Source: Deltaproteobacteria bacterium (GTDB lineage: Bacteria; Myxococcota_A; UBA9042). Taken from it: a stretch of 64,000 nucleotides of DNA. Under the pieces are notes generated by a model. The model was not told the origin of the DNA, did not search any database, and saw only the letters and a program-made list of their open reading frames with translations. Location: positions 32,158 to 96,157 of the forward strand of contig VGRO01000004.1 in the NCBI GenBank assembly GCA_016875335.1, written 5' to 3'. Of the stretch, positions 47,188-56,651 are shown one piece after another. The position numbers and the translations under genes were made by a program. Each line of letters starts with the position of its first letter. Positions within the stretch are counted from its first letter, which is position 1.

Positions 47188-47205
47188 CAACCCCGCACCG
47201 CGCCT

Positions 47206-49590
47206 TTGGTTTGTGACGGTCCGTTTGCGCGCGCGGTCGCAGCCGCCAATACTGCCCGAGGACCCGCGCCGCCCCCGCCGGGAACCGCCAAGGAACGCGT
47301 GGCCACGGTCCTCTTGCTGCAACCGCCGATTGTGCTGCACGGCGCGTTCATCGACTACCCGTACTTTGCGAGCCTGGGCCTGTGGCAAGCGGCGGCGGCG
47401 CTGCGCGCGGCGGGCCACGCGGTGCAGGTGCTGGACGCGTTGTGCCAGCCGTCGTCGGGCCTGATCGCCGAAACCAAGGATTTGATTCGCCTGGGCATTC
47501 CGTTTTCAGGGTTCGTCGCAAAGCTGCCGCAGCCGGCTCCCGATGTGGTGGTGGTGGGCCACAGCCCATGGCTGCGCTCGCGGCCCGCAGCGGCGGAACT
47601 GCGCAAGCTCGCCCTGCACCTGCATCAGAAGTGGCCGGGCTCGCACCTGGTGCTCGCCGATTGCGACGTCGGCGGCATGCACTACATCGAGTGGGGAGAG
47701 GCCGAACTCGACGACCTCGGCTTTTCGTGGGGCTGCAAGTACGAGGCGGATGTGGCGTTGCCGGCGCTGGTGGCGCAGTTGGCGGCTGGCCAGGTGCCCG
47801 CGTCCCGCGTGGTGGTCGGCCCGCCGGGCGACGAGGCCTTGGACGGCCTGCCGCTGCCAGCCTACGACCTCGTGGACGTCGACGCCTTTGAGCGGTTCGC
47901 GGGCCGCGTCGCCAACGCCCGCCACAAGCAGGAGATTTTCGACCTGACCCCGCCGCTCATGGCGGTCAAGACCAGCCGCGGCTGCGTGTACCAGTGCAAC
48001 TTCTGCACGAGCAACCCTTGGCAGCGCGCGGGGTTGGCGGGCAAGGCCTACCGGCGCCACAGCCCAGCACAGCTCGACGAGCACGCGCGCTTGCTGGCGG
48101 AACGCTACGGTGTGCGGCGCTGGGTGGTGCTCGACGAACTGGTCAACGTCCATCCGGGCCACTTCGACGCGCTGCTCGACGTCGCCGAACGCCACGGCTT
48201 GCGCCTCGATTTCCCCAACGGCATGCGCGCCGACCGGCTGACCGAGGCCCAGGTGGCGCGGCTGGCCCGGTTGTGCCCGCTGCTGTCGATCTCGGCGGAA
48301 TCGGCCAACGCCCGCGTGGCCAACGAGGTCATCGGCAAGCGCTTCGACCTGTCGGCGACCGAGCGGGTGGCTGGCTGGTGTCGCAGCCACGGCCTGCGCC
48401 TGGTGGTGCACTGGATGATCGGCCAGCCGAGCGAGACCAAGGCCGAGATCAAGCGCACGCTGCAGACCGCGTGGGACCTCTACGAGGGGTTCGGGGCGGA
48501 GCCGCTGGTGCAATTCGCCACGCCGATCCTCGGCACGGTCCTGCACAAGACGGCGACCGACCGGCAACTGTGGACGACGCGCGAGGATCGCGACATCGGG
48601 CCGCTTTTCCAAGGCCGGCCAGTGCTGCGCGGACCCGATTGGGGCCCGGCAGACCTATGGGCCTACAAGCGCGTGTTCGAGACCCGCCTGGCCATGCACC
48701 GGCCGCGCAAGGTCATCGTCAACACGACGTATGTGTGCAACAACCACTGCGTGTTTTGCGCGACCGGCAACCGCAGCGACTGGCACGGCGACACCGACAA
48801 GCAGATCGCCTTTTTGGCCGAACGACGCGCCCAGGGGTTCGACCTGTGCGACTTCGACGGCGGCGAGCCCACCACCAACCCGCGGCTTTTCGAGCTCATC
48901 CGCGCCGCGCGGGGCCTGGGCTATCAGCAGGTCAACCTGACCACCAATGGCCGGATGATGGCGCTGCCGCGCAATGCGGAAAAGGTGGTGCGATCCGGCA
49001 TCACCTCGCTCTTGGTGTCGCTGCACGGCCCCAACGAAGCCGTGCACGAAGAAAACGTGCAGGCCAAGGGCGCGTTCGCCCAGACGATCTCGGGCATCCG
49101 CAATGCCCGGCCGCTGTGCGACGCGACAGGCGTCGAGTTCGGCGTCAACGTCACCTTGACCAAGGTCAATACACCGGTGCTCTTGGAGTACGGCCAGCTT
49201 CTGGTCGACCTCGGCGTCCGGCTGTGCAATGTGCAGTTCTTGACGCCGTTTGGCCGGGCGAGCGCCGAGTGCCAGCCGGACCCGGCGGTCGCCGCGCAGT
49301 TGGTCATGCGGCTCATCGACCAGTTCGGCGACAAGATCCGGTTTCAGGTCATCAATCTTCCGCTCTGCTACCTGCCCGGCTACGAGGAATTCGGGCTGAG
49401 CGACATCGGCAAGCTGCAGCGCCATATGATTTTTGTGTCGATGGACGACGTCAACCTGTTCGACTACCTGCAGAGCCGCCGCCGCCACGAGAAAGCGTGC
49501 GAGAGCTGCCCGATGGCGGTCGCGTGCGAGGGCTTCTACTACTGGCCCGACCAATGGAAGGACGAGGCGCGCGCGCGTTGGGGCGACTGA
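47206..49590 (+). CDS. fused double radical-SAM enzyme: N-terminal B12-binding-like domain plus radical-SAM core 1 (CVYQCNFC), then radical-SAM core 2 (CNNHCVFC) with C-terminal Cys cluster (SPASM/twitch-like)
   Basis: Two CX3CX2C motifs: SRGCVYQCNFCTS (about aa 262) and VNTTYVCNNHCVFCATG (about aa 515). The N-terminal VATVLLLQPPIVLHGAFIDYPYFASLGLWQAAAALRAAGH resembles a class-B rSAM B12 domain. C-terminus ...KACESCPMAVACEGFYYW. Confidence 0.75.
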   Translation: MVCDGPFARAVAAANTARGPAPPPPGTAKERVATVLLLQPPIVLHGAFIDYPYFASLGLWQAAAALRAAGHAVQVLDALCQPSSGLIAETKDLIRLGIPFSGFVAKLPQPAPDVVVVGHSPWLRSRPAAAELRKLALHLHQKWPGSHLVLADCDVGGMHYIEWGEAELDDLGFSWGCKYEADVALPALVAQLAAGQVPASRVVVGPPGDEALDGLPLPAYDLVDVDAFERFAGRVANARHKQEIFDLTPPLMAVKTSRGCVYQCNFCTSNPWQRAGLAGKAYRRHSPAQLDEHARLLAERYGVRRWVVLDELVNVHPGHFDALLDVAERHGLRLDFPNGMRADRLTEAQVARLARLCPLLSISAESANARVANEVIGKRFDLSATERVAGWCRSHGLRLVVHWMIGQPSETKAEIKRTLQTAWDLYEGFGAEPLVQFATPILGTVLHKTATDRQLWTTREDRDIGPLFQGRPVLRGPDWGPADLWAYKRVFETRLAMHRPRKVIVNTTYVCNNHCVFCATGNRSDWHGDTDKQIAFLAERRAQGFDLCDFDGGEPTTNPRLFELIRAARGLGYQQVNLTTNGRMMALPRNAEKVVRSGITSLLVSLHGPNEAVHEENVQAKGAFAQTISGIRNARPLCDATGVEFGVNVTLTKVNTPVLLEYGQLLVDLGVRLCNVQFLTPFGRASAECQPDPAVAAQLVMRLIDQFGDKIRFQVINLPLCYLPGYEEFGLSDIGKLQRHMIFVSMDDVNLFDYLQSRRRHEKACESCPMAVACEGFYYWPDQWKDEARARWGD

Positions 49591-49612
49591 CCGCGCGGAC
49601 CGGTCGACCCGA

Positions 49613-52009
49613 TCACGGCGCCTGGTACGCTGCGGCCGCGGGCAGCACCTTGGCGGCCTGGGCGCGCAAGACGAAAAACGACAGCTTGCGGCGGTCGTGC
49701 CAGGCCGGCGGCTGGTCCCATTTGTCCCAGGTGTAGTGCAGGACACCCTGCGCTGGGATGCGCCATGCCTTGCCCTTGCCATCGGCCGCCACCGCGGGCT
49801 GGGCCAGGGGCAGCGTGTCGCTCGGGTCGATCTCGGCCTCGCCGGTGCCGCCCAGGCTGGCGGCGACGATGCCGATGCCCTGCACGGTCGAGGTGTCGAC
49901 GGTGGCCGTGCTCTGGTTGGCGTGGTCGATGGCGCGCAGCGCGCTCGGGTCCGAGAACTGCAAAAGCGCCCAAGGAATCCGCAGTTCCATGACGCCAGTC
50001 TTGCGGTCGTACCAGAAGTGGCTGGCCGAGTTCTGCGCTTGGGACCCGGTGCGAAGCCGACCGGTTTGCTGGCCGAGCGAGGTGGCGAGCAGGTGAAACG
50101 CCGCCTTGCCGTCGGGCAACTTTTCGTGCCACGCGTAGTCGCCGTTGGTGCGGGTCTGGGCCAACAGCCACTGGCCCTTGTCGTTGGCGACGGTGCGGTA
50201 CGCCTGCCAAATCTGCTGGGTGCCCTGGCCGATGCCGAAAAGGTCGTAGGGTTGGTCCACCCACAGTTGCACGTCGCTGTCGCTGTGGATGCGCACCTGA
50301 AACTCGATGCGCCGCTCGGTTTGCAGCACGCCGACGGGGTCGAAGCGACTGTCGCCGCGCAGCGGATCGACGGTGTCCAGACCGATCACGTAGTCCACGC
50401 GATCCCACTGCACCTGGCCATCGCCGTCGGGGTCGAGGCTCTCGACACGCAGACGCAGGTGCAGGTAGCCGGCATCGTGGTCGACCGTGACGTCCTTGAG
50501 CGTGCGCATGGCGTCGAAGCCGTCGCCACGCGGCGACAACAGCGGAAACGTCTTGACCAACTGCGGCGCCTTGCCCGACCAGTCGTCCTGTTGTCCATCG
50601 ATCCGGTGGGCGCGCGTCGCCGCTTCTGGCAAGAGCGCCACGACACCAAAATGCTGATTCGGGTTCTGGGGGTTGTACCAAAGGCGTTGGCGATGTGCCG
50701 GCAACACCACCGGGCCCGTCAGCCACGATTCGCGGTACCACTGGTCCACCACGTCGCCAATCATCGCGCCGTGCAGGCCGGCCTGCGCCACCGTGCGCAA
50801 CGCGCGCAAGCTGGCCCAACCTTGCTCCAATTCGTTGTAGCCGCCATGGTTCAGGCCGCTGGGTGAGAAGTGCGCGCACCCGGGACTGGACGGGTGGCCG
50901 GTCTCCGCGACCAGAACGGCGAACTTGCCGTGGGCCGCGCGCAAGGCTTTCAGGTAGCCGAGCCACGGGTTGGGACCGTCGGCGTCGCTGGTCGCCGCGT
51001 ACTCGGGCTGGTGCATCACGAAATCGGGGTAATACGGAAAACTCTGGTAGGCCATGAACACGCCCGCCGAAAAACTGCCGCGGTACTCGACCGCGTTCAG
51101 GTCCAGTGTCTCGTACTCTTCGGCGCTGGCCGGGAACGGCTGCTCGGTGTAGTGCTTGATCGGATCGGTGGTCGGCCAATTGAGCCAGCCGACCGGCCGC
51201 TGCTGCCCGTAGCGCGCCTTTTCGGTGGCGACGACGAGGTCCATCAGTTCGACGATGAAGCCCTCGATGGCGCGGCCCGCAGGCAGGGCCACGAACTGGC
51301 CCCCAGGATGACCTTTTGGCGGGTGGCTGAGCGCCGTCTCGTGCAGAATCAGCGGATCCAACTCGCGGCCGATGAGCCACCCGAGCGTCCACGGCGAGAC
51401 GTCGGCGGTGTAGGTGCCAAACGCCCGGCCCCAGTTGCCGGGGTTGTCCTTCGATCCCGGTAAAATGGTTCGCCGGCCGTGGACGACATCGACCGCCTTG
51501 TCGATCTCGTCCTTGATCGCGGCGACCAGATTGGGGTGCAGATAGTCCTTGGCCAGGGCGGCCTGGGCGTCGTCGGCCGGGTCCTTGAGCCACGCACCCT
51601 GCAACAGGAACAACGGCCGCTTGGGGTGGTGCAGGTTCCATCGCCGCAGTTCCTGATAGAACTCAGGGCTTTGGATGGTCTTGACCCGCAGCGTATTGAC
51701 GCCCATTTCGCCCGCGGTCTCCAGCCAGCGGCGGATCTGCGCGCGGTCGGCGTCGTATTCGCCCGGGCTGCGGCCTGGCAGGGCGGTCGCGAAGTTCAAG
51801 CCATAAGGCCACAGCGGCTGCCAACTGCCGCCGTTTGCCGAGGCGTAGAACCCGTACTGGTCGGTGCGGAACTGGTAGCGGACGCTCACCGTCGCCGCCG
51901 AAAGGGCAGCGAGGTCGCCCAATTGCGGTGCCGCGTCGTCGTTGCAGCCGAGCACGCCCATCCACGCTGCCAGGACCACCGCCGTCGCCTTGCTTGCCCG
52001 CGTCGCCAT
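49613..52009 (-). CDS. putative glycoside-hydrolase-like (TIM-barrel) secreted lipoprotein
   Basis: Lipobox MATRASKATAVVLAAWMGVLGC. Central region with GH-like acid/aromatic patterns (GWLNWPTTDP; LVAETGHPSSPGCAH; NELEQGWASL). 798 aa; family assignment is uncertain. Confidence 0.5.
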   Translation of the reverse strand: MATRASKATAVVLAAWMGVLGCNDDAAPQLGDLAALSAATVSVRYQFRTDQYGFYASANGGSWQPLWPYGLNFATALPGRSPGEYDADRAQIRRWLETAGEMGVNTLRVKTIQSPEFYQELRRWNLHHPKRPLFLLQGAWLKDPADDAQAALAKDYLHPNLVAAIKDEIDKAVDVVHGRRTILPGSKDNPGNWGRAFGTYTADVSPWTLGWLIGRELDPLILHETALSHPPKGHPGGQFVALPAGRAIEGFIVELMDLVVATEKARYGQQRPVGWLNWPTTDPIKHYTEQPFPASAEEYETLDLNAVEYRGSFSAGVFMAYQSFPYYPDFVMHQPEYAATSDADGPNPWLGYLKALRAAHGKFAVLVAETGHPSSPGCAHFSPSGLNHGGYNELEQGWASLRALRTVAQAGLHGAMIGDVVDQWYRESWLTGPVVLPAHRQRLWYNPQNPNQHFGVVALLPEAATRAHRIDGQQDDWSGKAPQLVKTFPLLSPRGDGFDAMRTLKDVTVDHDAGYLHLRLRVESLDPDGDGQVQWDRVDYVIGLDTVDPLRGDSRFDPVGVLQTERRIEFQVRIHSDSDVQLWVDQPYDLFGIGQGTQQIWQAYRTVANDKGQWLLAQTRTNGDYAWHEKLPDGKAAFHLLATSLGQQTGRLRTGSQAQNSASHFWYDRKTGVMELRIPWALLQFSDPSALRAIDHANQSTATVDTSTVQGIGIVAASLGGTGEAEIDPSDTLPLAQPAVAADGKGKAWRIPAQGVLHYTWDKWDQPPAWHDRRKLSFFVLRAQAAKVLPAAAAYQAP

Positions 52010-52097
52010 CGGATGCCACCTCCTGCGGCCCGGACGCTACCACAAGGCGCGCCAACCGGCGATTGGAGCCCGCGGTCCGCCGTGGCAGACTGCGGGC

Positions 52098-53678
52098 ATG
52101 GCCGACCCGCCCCCCGACCTGACCGCCCGACCCCAGCGCCTCGACGCCGCACTGCCGTGGCTGGCGGGCGTGCCGTTGTGCGCGCTGGCCTTGCAACCGA
52201 TCTCCGATTCCGACGTGCCGATGCATGCGGCGGTGGGCCGGTGGATGCTGCGGCAGGGCGCGATCCTGCCCACGCCGGACCCGCTGGTGTGGACCGACCG
52301 CGGCGGCGATGCCCCGCACGAGTGGCTGGCGCAGGGGGTGCTGGGCGCCGTGGCCGATGCTGCAGGCCTTGGTGCGCTGCGCATGGTGTTGCTGGCGCTG
52401 GCGGTCGGCTGCCTGTTGCTGCTGGCGCGATCGCTGCGCCGGGCGGGCGCGGGACCGGCCGCGACGGCCGCACTGCTCGTCGGCTGGACTGCCGCCGTCG
52501 CCCCGCACCTGGCGATGCGCCCGCACGTGTTCGGCTGGTGGGCGGCGCTGGCGGTCCTGGGACTCGGGCTGGCCGACCCGCGGCCGTGGTCGCTGCGCTG
52601 CGCGGTCGGCTGGGGCGTGGCCACGGCACTGTGGGCCAACCTGCACAGCAGCGCGGTCGCGGCGCCGTTGTATGCCGCGCTGGCCTGGGTGGACGCCGCC
52701 TGGCATGCCCGCGCCGACCTGCGGGGCGCCTGGTGGCGGCAGCCGACCCTGCGCTGGATCGCGGTCGCGGCGGGCGCCCTGTGTCAGCCGCTGGGGCCGG
52801 GCATCGTCCCCTACGTGTTGCGCTCTCAGGCGATCAACGGCCCGTTGAGCGACGAATGGCAGGGGCTGTTGCGCGCCGACGTGTTGCGCGATCACCCGCA
52901 GGTCGTCGCCGTATGGGCCGCGGCGGCCGTCGCCGTGGCGATGGCGCTGCGGACACCGCGACTGTCGTTTCCGGGGGTGGTTGCTGCCGCATTCGCCCTG
53001 GCACACGCAGCGTGGACCCGGCGCATGACCGTGTTCCTGTTCGTGCCGGCGTTGCTGGCCGGCCGGCGCTGGGGCCAGTGGCTGGGCTGGCGGCCGCTCG
53101 CTTGGGTCGCAGTCGCCATGGCGTGGGCGGCGTGGGTGCCAGACGCGGTCCAGCGGGCATGGTCGCTCCCGGCGATCGACGGCCGGGTGTTCCCGGTCAA
53201 GGCGGCGGCGTTCCTGCACCAGACTGGGCTGCGCGGCCGCCTTTTCAACCCCGACCCCTGGGGCGGCTACCTCAGCTGGCAACTTGCACCGCAGTACCAG
53301 GTGTTCCTGGACGGCCGATGGCTGCTGGCCGGCGAGCAGGTGGTGCGCGACGGCCTGGCGATGCAGATCCGGCGGCCAGGTGTGGACGCGTTGTTCGAGC
53401 GCTACGGCATTGAGGTGTTCTTGCAGCGCACGGCCGACTACGTGCAGGTGCCGCCGCCCGACCCGACCCGCTTTGCCCTGGCGTGGCGCGACGGCCAGGC
53501 CGTGGTCCTTGTGCGCAAAGGTCCGAACTGGATGGACAATGTCGCCAAGGTCTGTGCGTTCTATCGCAGTTTTGCGTGGCTGGCGCCGCACGGGCGATGG
53601 GCGGGGTCGCTGCGCGGCGCTGCGGGCCAGCCCAGCCCGACCGACGTGCCCGAGGTCATGGCCGGCTGCGGGCCATAG
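52098..53678 (+). CDS. polytopic integral membrane protein, GT-C-like (putative polyprenyl-phosphate-sugar-dependent glycosyltransferase)
   Basis: Start MADPPPDLTARP at 52098. At least 10 hydrophobic helices. An acidic first-loop motif (PISDSDVPMH) resembles GT-C DD/DE loops. Convergent with the DprE1-like gene. Confidence 0.45.
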   Translation: MADPPPDLTARPQRLDAALPWLAGVPLCALALQPISDSDVPMHAAVGRWMLRQGAILPTPDPLVWTDRGGDAPHEWLAQGVLGAVADAAGLGALRMVLLALAVGCLLLLARSLRRAGAGPAATAALLVGWTAAVAPHLAMRPHVFGWWAALAVLGLGLADPRPWSLRCAVGWGVATALWANLHSSAVAAPLYAALAWVDAAWHARADLRGAWWRQPTLRWIAVAAGALCQPLGPGIVPYVLRSQAINGPLSDEWQGLLRADVLRDHPQVVAVWAAAAVAVAMALRTPRLSFPGVVAAAFALAHAAWTRRMTVFLFVPALLAGRRWGQWLGWRPLAWVAVAMAWAAWVPDAVQRAWSLPAIDGRVFPVKAAAFLHQTGLRGRLFNPDPWGGYLSWQLAPQYQVFLDGRWLLAGEQVVRDGLAMQIRRPGVDALFERYGIEVFLQRTADYVQVPPPDPTRFALAWRDGQAVVLVRKGPNWMDNVAKVCAFYRSFAWLAPHGRWAGSLRGAAGQPSPTDVPEVMAGCGP

Positions 53679-55149
53679 CCACCGCTGGCGCCACGGCCCG
53701 CCGCCACTGCGCCGATTGCAGCACGCCCGCGGGGTCGCAGTGCTGCTGCCAAGTGGCCCATTGCAGCAGCCGGTCGGGCCCGAACATCGCCAGCACGGAC
53801 TCGGGTCGCACGGTCGCGTCCTTGGCGAAATAGACCCGGCCGCCCGCCGCAGCCACCAGATCATCCATGTCGTGGCACAGTTGCCACAGCGCGGCCCGGT
53901 TGGCGGTCGTCACCGCGAAATCCTGGGCCAGCGAGTAGCCGTCCAGGCCGTGGCTGAGCAGAAAGCGGTCGGCGCGGTGGCGCTTGACCACCGACAGCCA
54001 GTTGACCAAACCGCGGCGTTGCTGCATTTCCAGCAGCGCCTGAAATACCGCGCGGGCGCGATCGGCCGGCACGAAAGCCTGGTGCTGGATGAGGCCGCCC
54101 GGGCTGTACACCTTCTTCCAATCCGGCACGTAGTCGAGCAGGAAATGGAAGGCGCCATGGGTTTGGCGATAGCGCTTGTCGCGCGCCAGCAACACGCCCG
54201 ACCACCAGCGTCCGAGGTTGACAAGACGCATCCCCCTTGGGTTCGAGAACGGCTTGAGAAACCGCCACATCCACGCCTTGGGTACGACGCCGAACAAGCG
54301 GGTCGGAAGTTGCTGGCTGTGGACTTGGAGAGCCTGGCCGGTGTCTGCCTCGTCGCCGGCGTGCAGATGGTAGGCGGCATGAATCAGGCTGCGGCCCAGG
54401 CCCTTGCCGGTCGCGAAGGCGTCCAGCCACGCGACCAGGTAGTCGGCGCTGGCGGCGTGCCGTTCGAAAAACCCAAACAGTCCATCGAGGTCGGGCGCGG
54501 TGGTCGCCCACACGTCCAGACGCGCGGCCTCGACGCGCTTGAGTTGCAATTCGACCTCGGTGATGACCCCGAGCGTGCCGGCCCCCGACACCACCGCAAA
54601 GAAAAGCGGGTCGGCCGGCGTCAGTTCCCGGTGCTCGCCGGACGGAAAGACGACTTTGATCGCAAGCAGATGGTCGCCGATGGGCCCCACGCGAAACGCG
54701 TTTTTGCCGTGGATGTTCATCGCTGCGGCGCCGCCCAGCGTCGGCGCCATGGTCCCCGAGACCACCGGCGGCCACCAACCGTGCGGCACCGCCGCCTGCC
54801 AGATCTGTTGCAACGTCGCGCCAGCCTGCGCCCGCACCACGCCGGTCGCGGGGTCGAAGCGCAAGATGTGGTCCATCCCCGACAGGTCGATCACCACATC
54901 GCCGTACGCCGCGTCGCCGTACGAACAACCCCCGCCGCGCAAGGCCACGGTGCGGCCGTGGTGCCGCGCCCAGTCGAGAACGGCCGCCGCGGACTGCGGG
55001 TCGTACAGCCGCACCACATCGGCCGGCCCGCCGACCGCCATGCCCCAACCCAGCACGGTCTGGCGCGCGGAAACGATGGCGTGCACGGTCAGATCGCCAG
55101 CCGGCGGAACACGATCGACGGGATGCACCGCACGATGGCCATGATCCAC
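53656..55149 (-). CDS. FAD-dependent oxidoreductase, DprE1 (decaprenylphosphoryl-beta-D-ribose 2'-oxidase) homolog
   Basis: ...QTVLGWGMAVGG...ALRGGGCSYGDAAYGDVVIDLSGMD...GWWPPVVSGTMAPTLGGAAAMNIHGKN... aligns with M. tuberculosis DprE1 (LTGWGRTAPS...ARGLGRSYGDNA...GLVIDMT...VTVGGAIACDIHGKN). The start may be the GTG at 55086, which avoids overlapping the SDR gene. Confidence 0.75.
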   Translation of the reverse strand: MDHGHRAVHPVDRVPPAGDLTVHAIVSARQTVLGWGMAVGGPADVVRLYDPQSAAAVLDWARHHGRTVALRGGGCSYGDAAYGDVVIDLSGMDHILRFDPATGVVRAQAGATLQQIWQAAVPHGWWPPVVSGTMAPTLGGAAAMNIHGKNAFRVGPIGDHLLAIKVVFPSGEHRELTPADPLFFAVVSGAGTLGVITEVELQLKRVEAARLDVWATTAPDLDGLFGFFERHAASADYLVAWLDAFATGKGLGRSLIHAAYHLHAGDEADTGQALQVHSQQLPTRLFGVVPKAWMWRFLKPFSNPRGMRLVNLGRWWSGVLLARDKRYRQTHGAFHFLLDYVPDWKKVYSPGGLIQHQAFVPADRARAVFQALLEMQQRRGLVNWLSVVKRHRADRFLLSHGLDGYSLAQDFAVTTANRAALWQLCHDMDDLVAAAGGRVYFAKDATVRPESVLAMFGPDRLLQWATWQQHCDPAGVLQSAQWRRAVAPAVAMARSRP

Positions 55150-55826
55150 CGATAGCCCCAGTGCACGTACACGGTGTGTTCGCCGCGCGCGATCGCCCGC
55201 GAAATGCGCCGGGCTGCAACCTCCGCCGACACCGTGAGCGGCAACTTGCGTGCACCGAGCATCGGCGTTCGCACCGGCCCCGGCTTGACGGTGACCACCT
55301 GCACGCCGAGCACGGAAAGGCGATTTCTTAGCGATTCAAGATAGGTATGCAGCGCCGCCTTGCTCGCGCCATACGCCGGGGCCTGGCGGCGGCCGCGGTC
55401 GCCGGCGACCGATCCGATGCCACACAGCACGCCCCGGCCCTGGTCTGCCATGTGTGCGGCGCCGAGGTTGAGCCACGCCATGGCGCCGATGACGTTGACT
55501 TCGATGATGTGCCGGTCCTTGGCGATGGCGAATTCGCGCGGTCCTACCTCGGTCATCACGCCTGAACTGTAGACCAGCGCGTCGCAGCCGCCGAGTTCGC
55601 CGAGCAACGTGTGCCAGCATTCCGCCACCGCAGCTTCATCGACCGCGTCGCAGGTGCGCACGACGGCTTTTGCGCCGCGTGCGGTGACCGCGGTAGCGAT
55701 GTCGTGCAATTCGGTTGCGCGGCGGGCGACCAGGCCCAAGCTGCGCCCTGGCCGGGCCATCTCGACGGCCAAGGCGGCGCCGATCCCCGACGAGGCGCCC
55801 ACGATGACGATGCGCTGTAGTTCCAT
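55089..55826 (-). CDS. short-chain dehydrogenase/reductase, DprE2 (decaprenylphospho-2'-keto-ribose reductase) homolog
   Basis: VIVGASSGIGAAL Rossmann motif; YGASKAAL catalytic Y-x3-K. The C-terminus ...VYVHWGYRWIMAIVRCIPSIVFRRLAI matches the DprE2 C-terminus (...[27 protein letters not shown]). Confidence 0.75.
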   Translation of the reverse strand: MELQRIVIVGASSGIGAALAVEMARPGRSLGLVARRATELHDIATAVTARGAKAVVRTCDAVDEAAVAECWHTLLGELGGCDALVYSSGVMTEVGPREFAIAKDRHIIEVNVIGAMAWLNLGAAHMADQGRGVLCGIGSVAGDRGRRQAPAYGASKAALHTYLESLRNRLSVLGVQVVTVKPGPVRTPMLGARKLPLTVSAEVAARRISRAIARGEHTVYVHWGYRWIMAIVRCIPSIVFRRLAI

Positions 55827-55889
55827 GGAGGTCCCGGGCCGCCGCAGCGGCTGCTGGGCGCGGATTGCACGCCGGTCCCTGCCTCCGTG

Positions 55890-56648
55890 TCAATGGCCCG
55901 AGACGGCCATGGCCTTGCGCACCAACAGCGACAGCGCCGCGCCGAGCAGCAGCCAGTGCAACAGGCGCCGAAATGGCTCGGGCGCGATGCGCTGGTGGGC
56001 GCTGTGTCCGATCCACTTGCCGAGAACCAGACAAGGCAGCAACGCGGCGCTGCCGCGCAAGGTCCGCCCGTCCAACTGGCCGAGCGAGGCGTACTGCGCC
56101 ACCAGCACCGTGCCGAGCACCAGCCACAGGGCCGACAGCGTGGCGCGAAGGGCCGATTTGTCTTGCAGTTGCCGGCTGGTCGCCCACACGATGAGCGGTC
56201 CACCCGACCCGTACAGGCCGTGCACCACACCGCCGCCCACCAGGCCCGCCCAATGCGCAACAGGCGACGGCGCCTTGGCGGAGCTGCCCCGCACCAGTTC
56301 GAGGGCCGCCAGGACCGCCACCAGAACGGCATAGGCGAGCACCAGCCACGGCCCTGGCGGCGCGACCCGGTACACGACGAGGCCGACCACCATGCCGGCG
56401 CCGATGGCCGGCAGCATCGTTCGTGTCAGCAACGCCTGCGAGACGTGGCCGCGGTCGCGCACGGAAATCCAAAGTGACAGCAACAGGTTGACCGGAACGT
56501 ACAGCGGCAGCAGCGCGTCGAGCGGCAAGAACTGTGCGCCCAACGTCACCGTGATGACCGTGCCGCCAAACCCGGTCAGCGCCTCGGCCGCGAACGCCAG
56601 GGCCACCACCGCAAACAGCGGCGCCGGCAATTCGAAAGGCGCGGGCAT
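55890..56648 (-). CDS. TauE/SafE (DUF81) family anion-exporter membrane protein
   Basis: Two-repeat 4-TM architecture with glycine-rich motifs (EALTGFGGTVITV; GLVGGGVVHGLYGSGGPLIV). Confidence 0.7.
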   Translation of the reverse strand: MPAPFELPAPLFAVVALAFAAEALTGFGGTVITVTLGAQFLPLDALLPLYVPVNLLLSLWISVRDRGHVSQALLTRTMLPAIGAGMVVGLVVYRVAPPGPWLVLAYAVLVAVLAALELVRGSSAKAPSPVAHWAGLVGGGVVHGLYGSGGPLIVWATSRQLQDKSALRATLSALWLVLGTVLVAQYASLGQLDGRTLRGSAALLPCLVLGKWIGHSAHQRIAPEPFRRLLHWLLLGAALSLLVRKAMAVSGH

Positions 56649-56651
56649 GGA

